A stretch of DNA of 64,000 bases from Eledone cirrhosa (lineage: Eukaryota). The DNA is taken from NCBI GenBank assembly GCA_964016885.1, contig OZ024744.1, positions 90,520,001-90,584,000 of the forward strand, in the 5' to 3' direction. Below, piece after piece: positions 63,421 to 64,000 of the stretch. The position numbers were made by a program, and so were the translations under genes. Position 1 is the stretch's first letter; each line of letters opens with the position of its first letter. The notes below the pieces were generated by a model. The model did no database searches. It had not been told where the DNA came from and saw only the letters and a program-made list of their open reading frames with translations.

Positions 63421-63732
63421 TATACACACGTATATATATATATGGGCCTTAATGTTTCATTTCACATTATATACATGTCTGTGTATATTTCAATTATTTA
63501 AACATTTTTAAACATAATTTAAAAAAAAATTTTGAAGTGAACATGACCCAACGGGTCACGGGTGGTCTAGTAATATAATAAAGGGAGGAATGTGGAATTG
63601 TGTCCTGAATATATTTTTTTATCCTGTTAGAAAAATAAGTCGGATTACTTTGAATAAATAATGAATAAATATTACATAATTTATGTACAAAATTTCGTAG
63701 CTGTTGATTAAACATAAATATTCTTATATATA

Positions 63733-64000
63733 ATTGTTTCTACTTTTTGGCACAAGGCCAGCAATTATCTCAGTGTATCACTGGTACTTTATTTTATTCA
63801 CCCCGTAAGGATGAAAAGCAAAGTTAACCTCGGTGGGATTTGAACTCAGTCCGTAAAGCGACGTAACTATGCTGGAAAGTATTGTGTTCGACCCTCTACC
63901 GATACTGCCAATCCACTGCCCTTATTCTTATATATAATTGTTTCTACTTTTGGCACACGGCCAGCAATTACCCAGTACATTACTGGTTCTTTATTCTTAT
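63733..64000 (-). mobile_element. SINE A copies (63733-63916 and a partial copy at the window end)
   Basis: Reverse-complement match to family A. Confidence 0.85.

Larger units (their letters stand above)
61258..63570 (+). mobile_element. Non-autonomous Helitron, copy 2
   Basis: Colinear with copy 1; ends tgacccaacgggtca...CTAG|T. Confidence 0.85.

Overview
AT-rich eukaryotic genomic DNA made almost entirely of transposable elements and simple repeats. The SINE/LINE repertoire resembles an octopod cephalopod (inference, not database-checked). No confident cellular protein-coding gene, rRNA, true tRNA or CRISPR array was found, and most listed ORFs are microsatellite or satellite artefacts. 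Retroelements: many RTE-clade LINE copies whose RT carries an inserted C4HC3 (PHD-type) finger, a 5'-truncated CR1-like LINE with an uninterrupted 791-aa frame, Ingi/Vingi-like and CRE-like remnants, two tRNA-derived SINE families and a solo LTR. DNA elements: a decayed hAT transposon, mariner/pogo/TTAA-type MITEs and a tandem pair of non-autonomous Helitrons. The most notable item is a young Penelope-like element (RT C-terminus plus GIY-YIG) bounded by 344-bp inverted pseudo-LTRs. Each repeat carries a minimal type I hammerhead ribozyme, and a related family of short non-coding hammerhead-bearing elements is scattered through the window. Four different TE types have each spawned an internal tandem array, and many insertions sit in (TA)n microsatellites. 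Boundaries of degenerate elements are approximate (read by eye).
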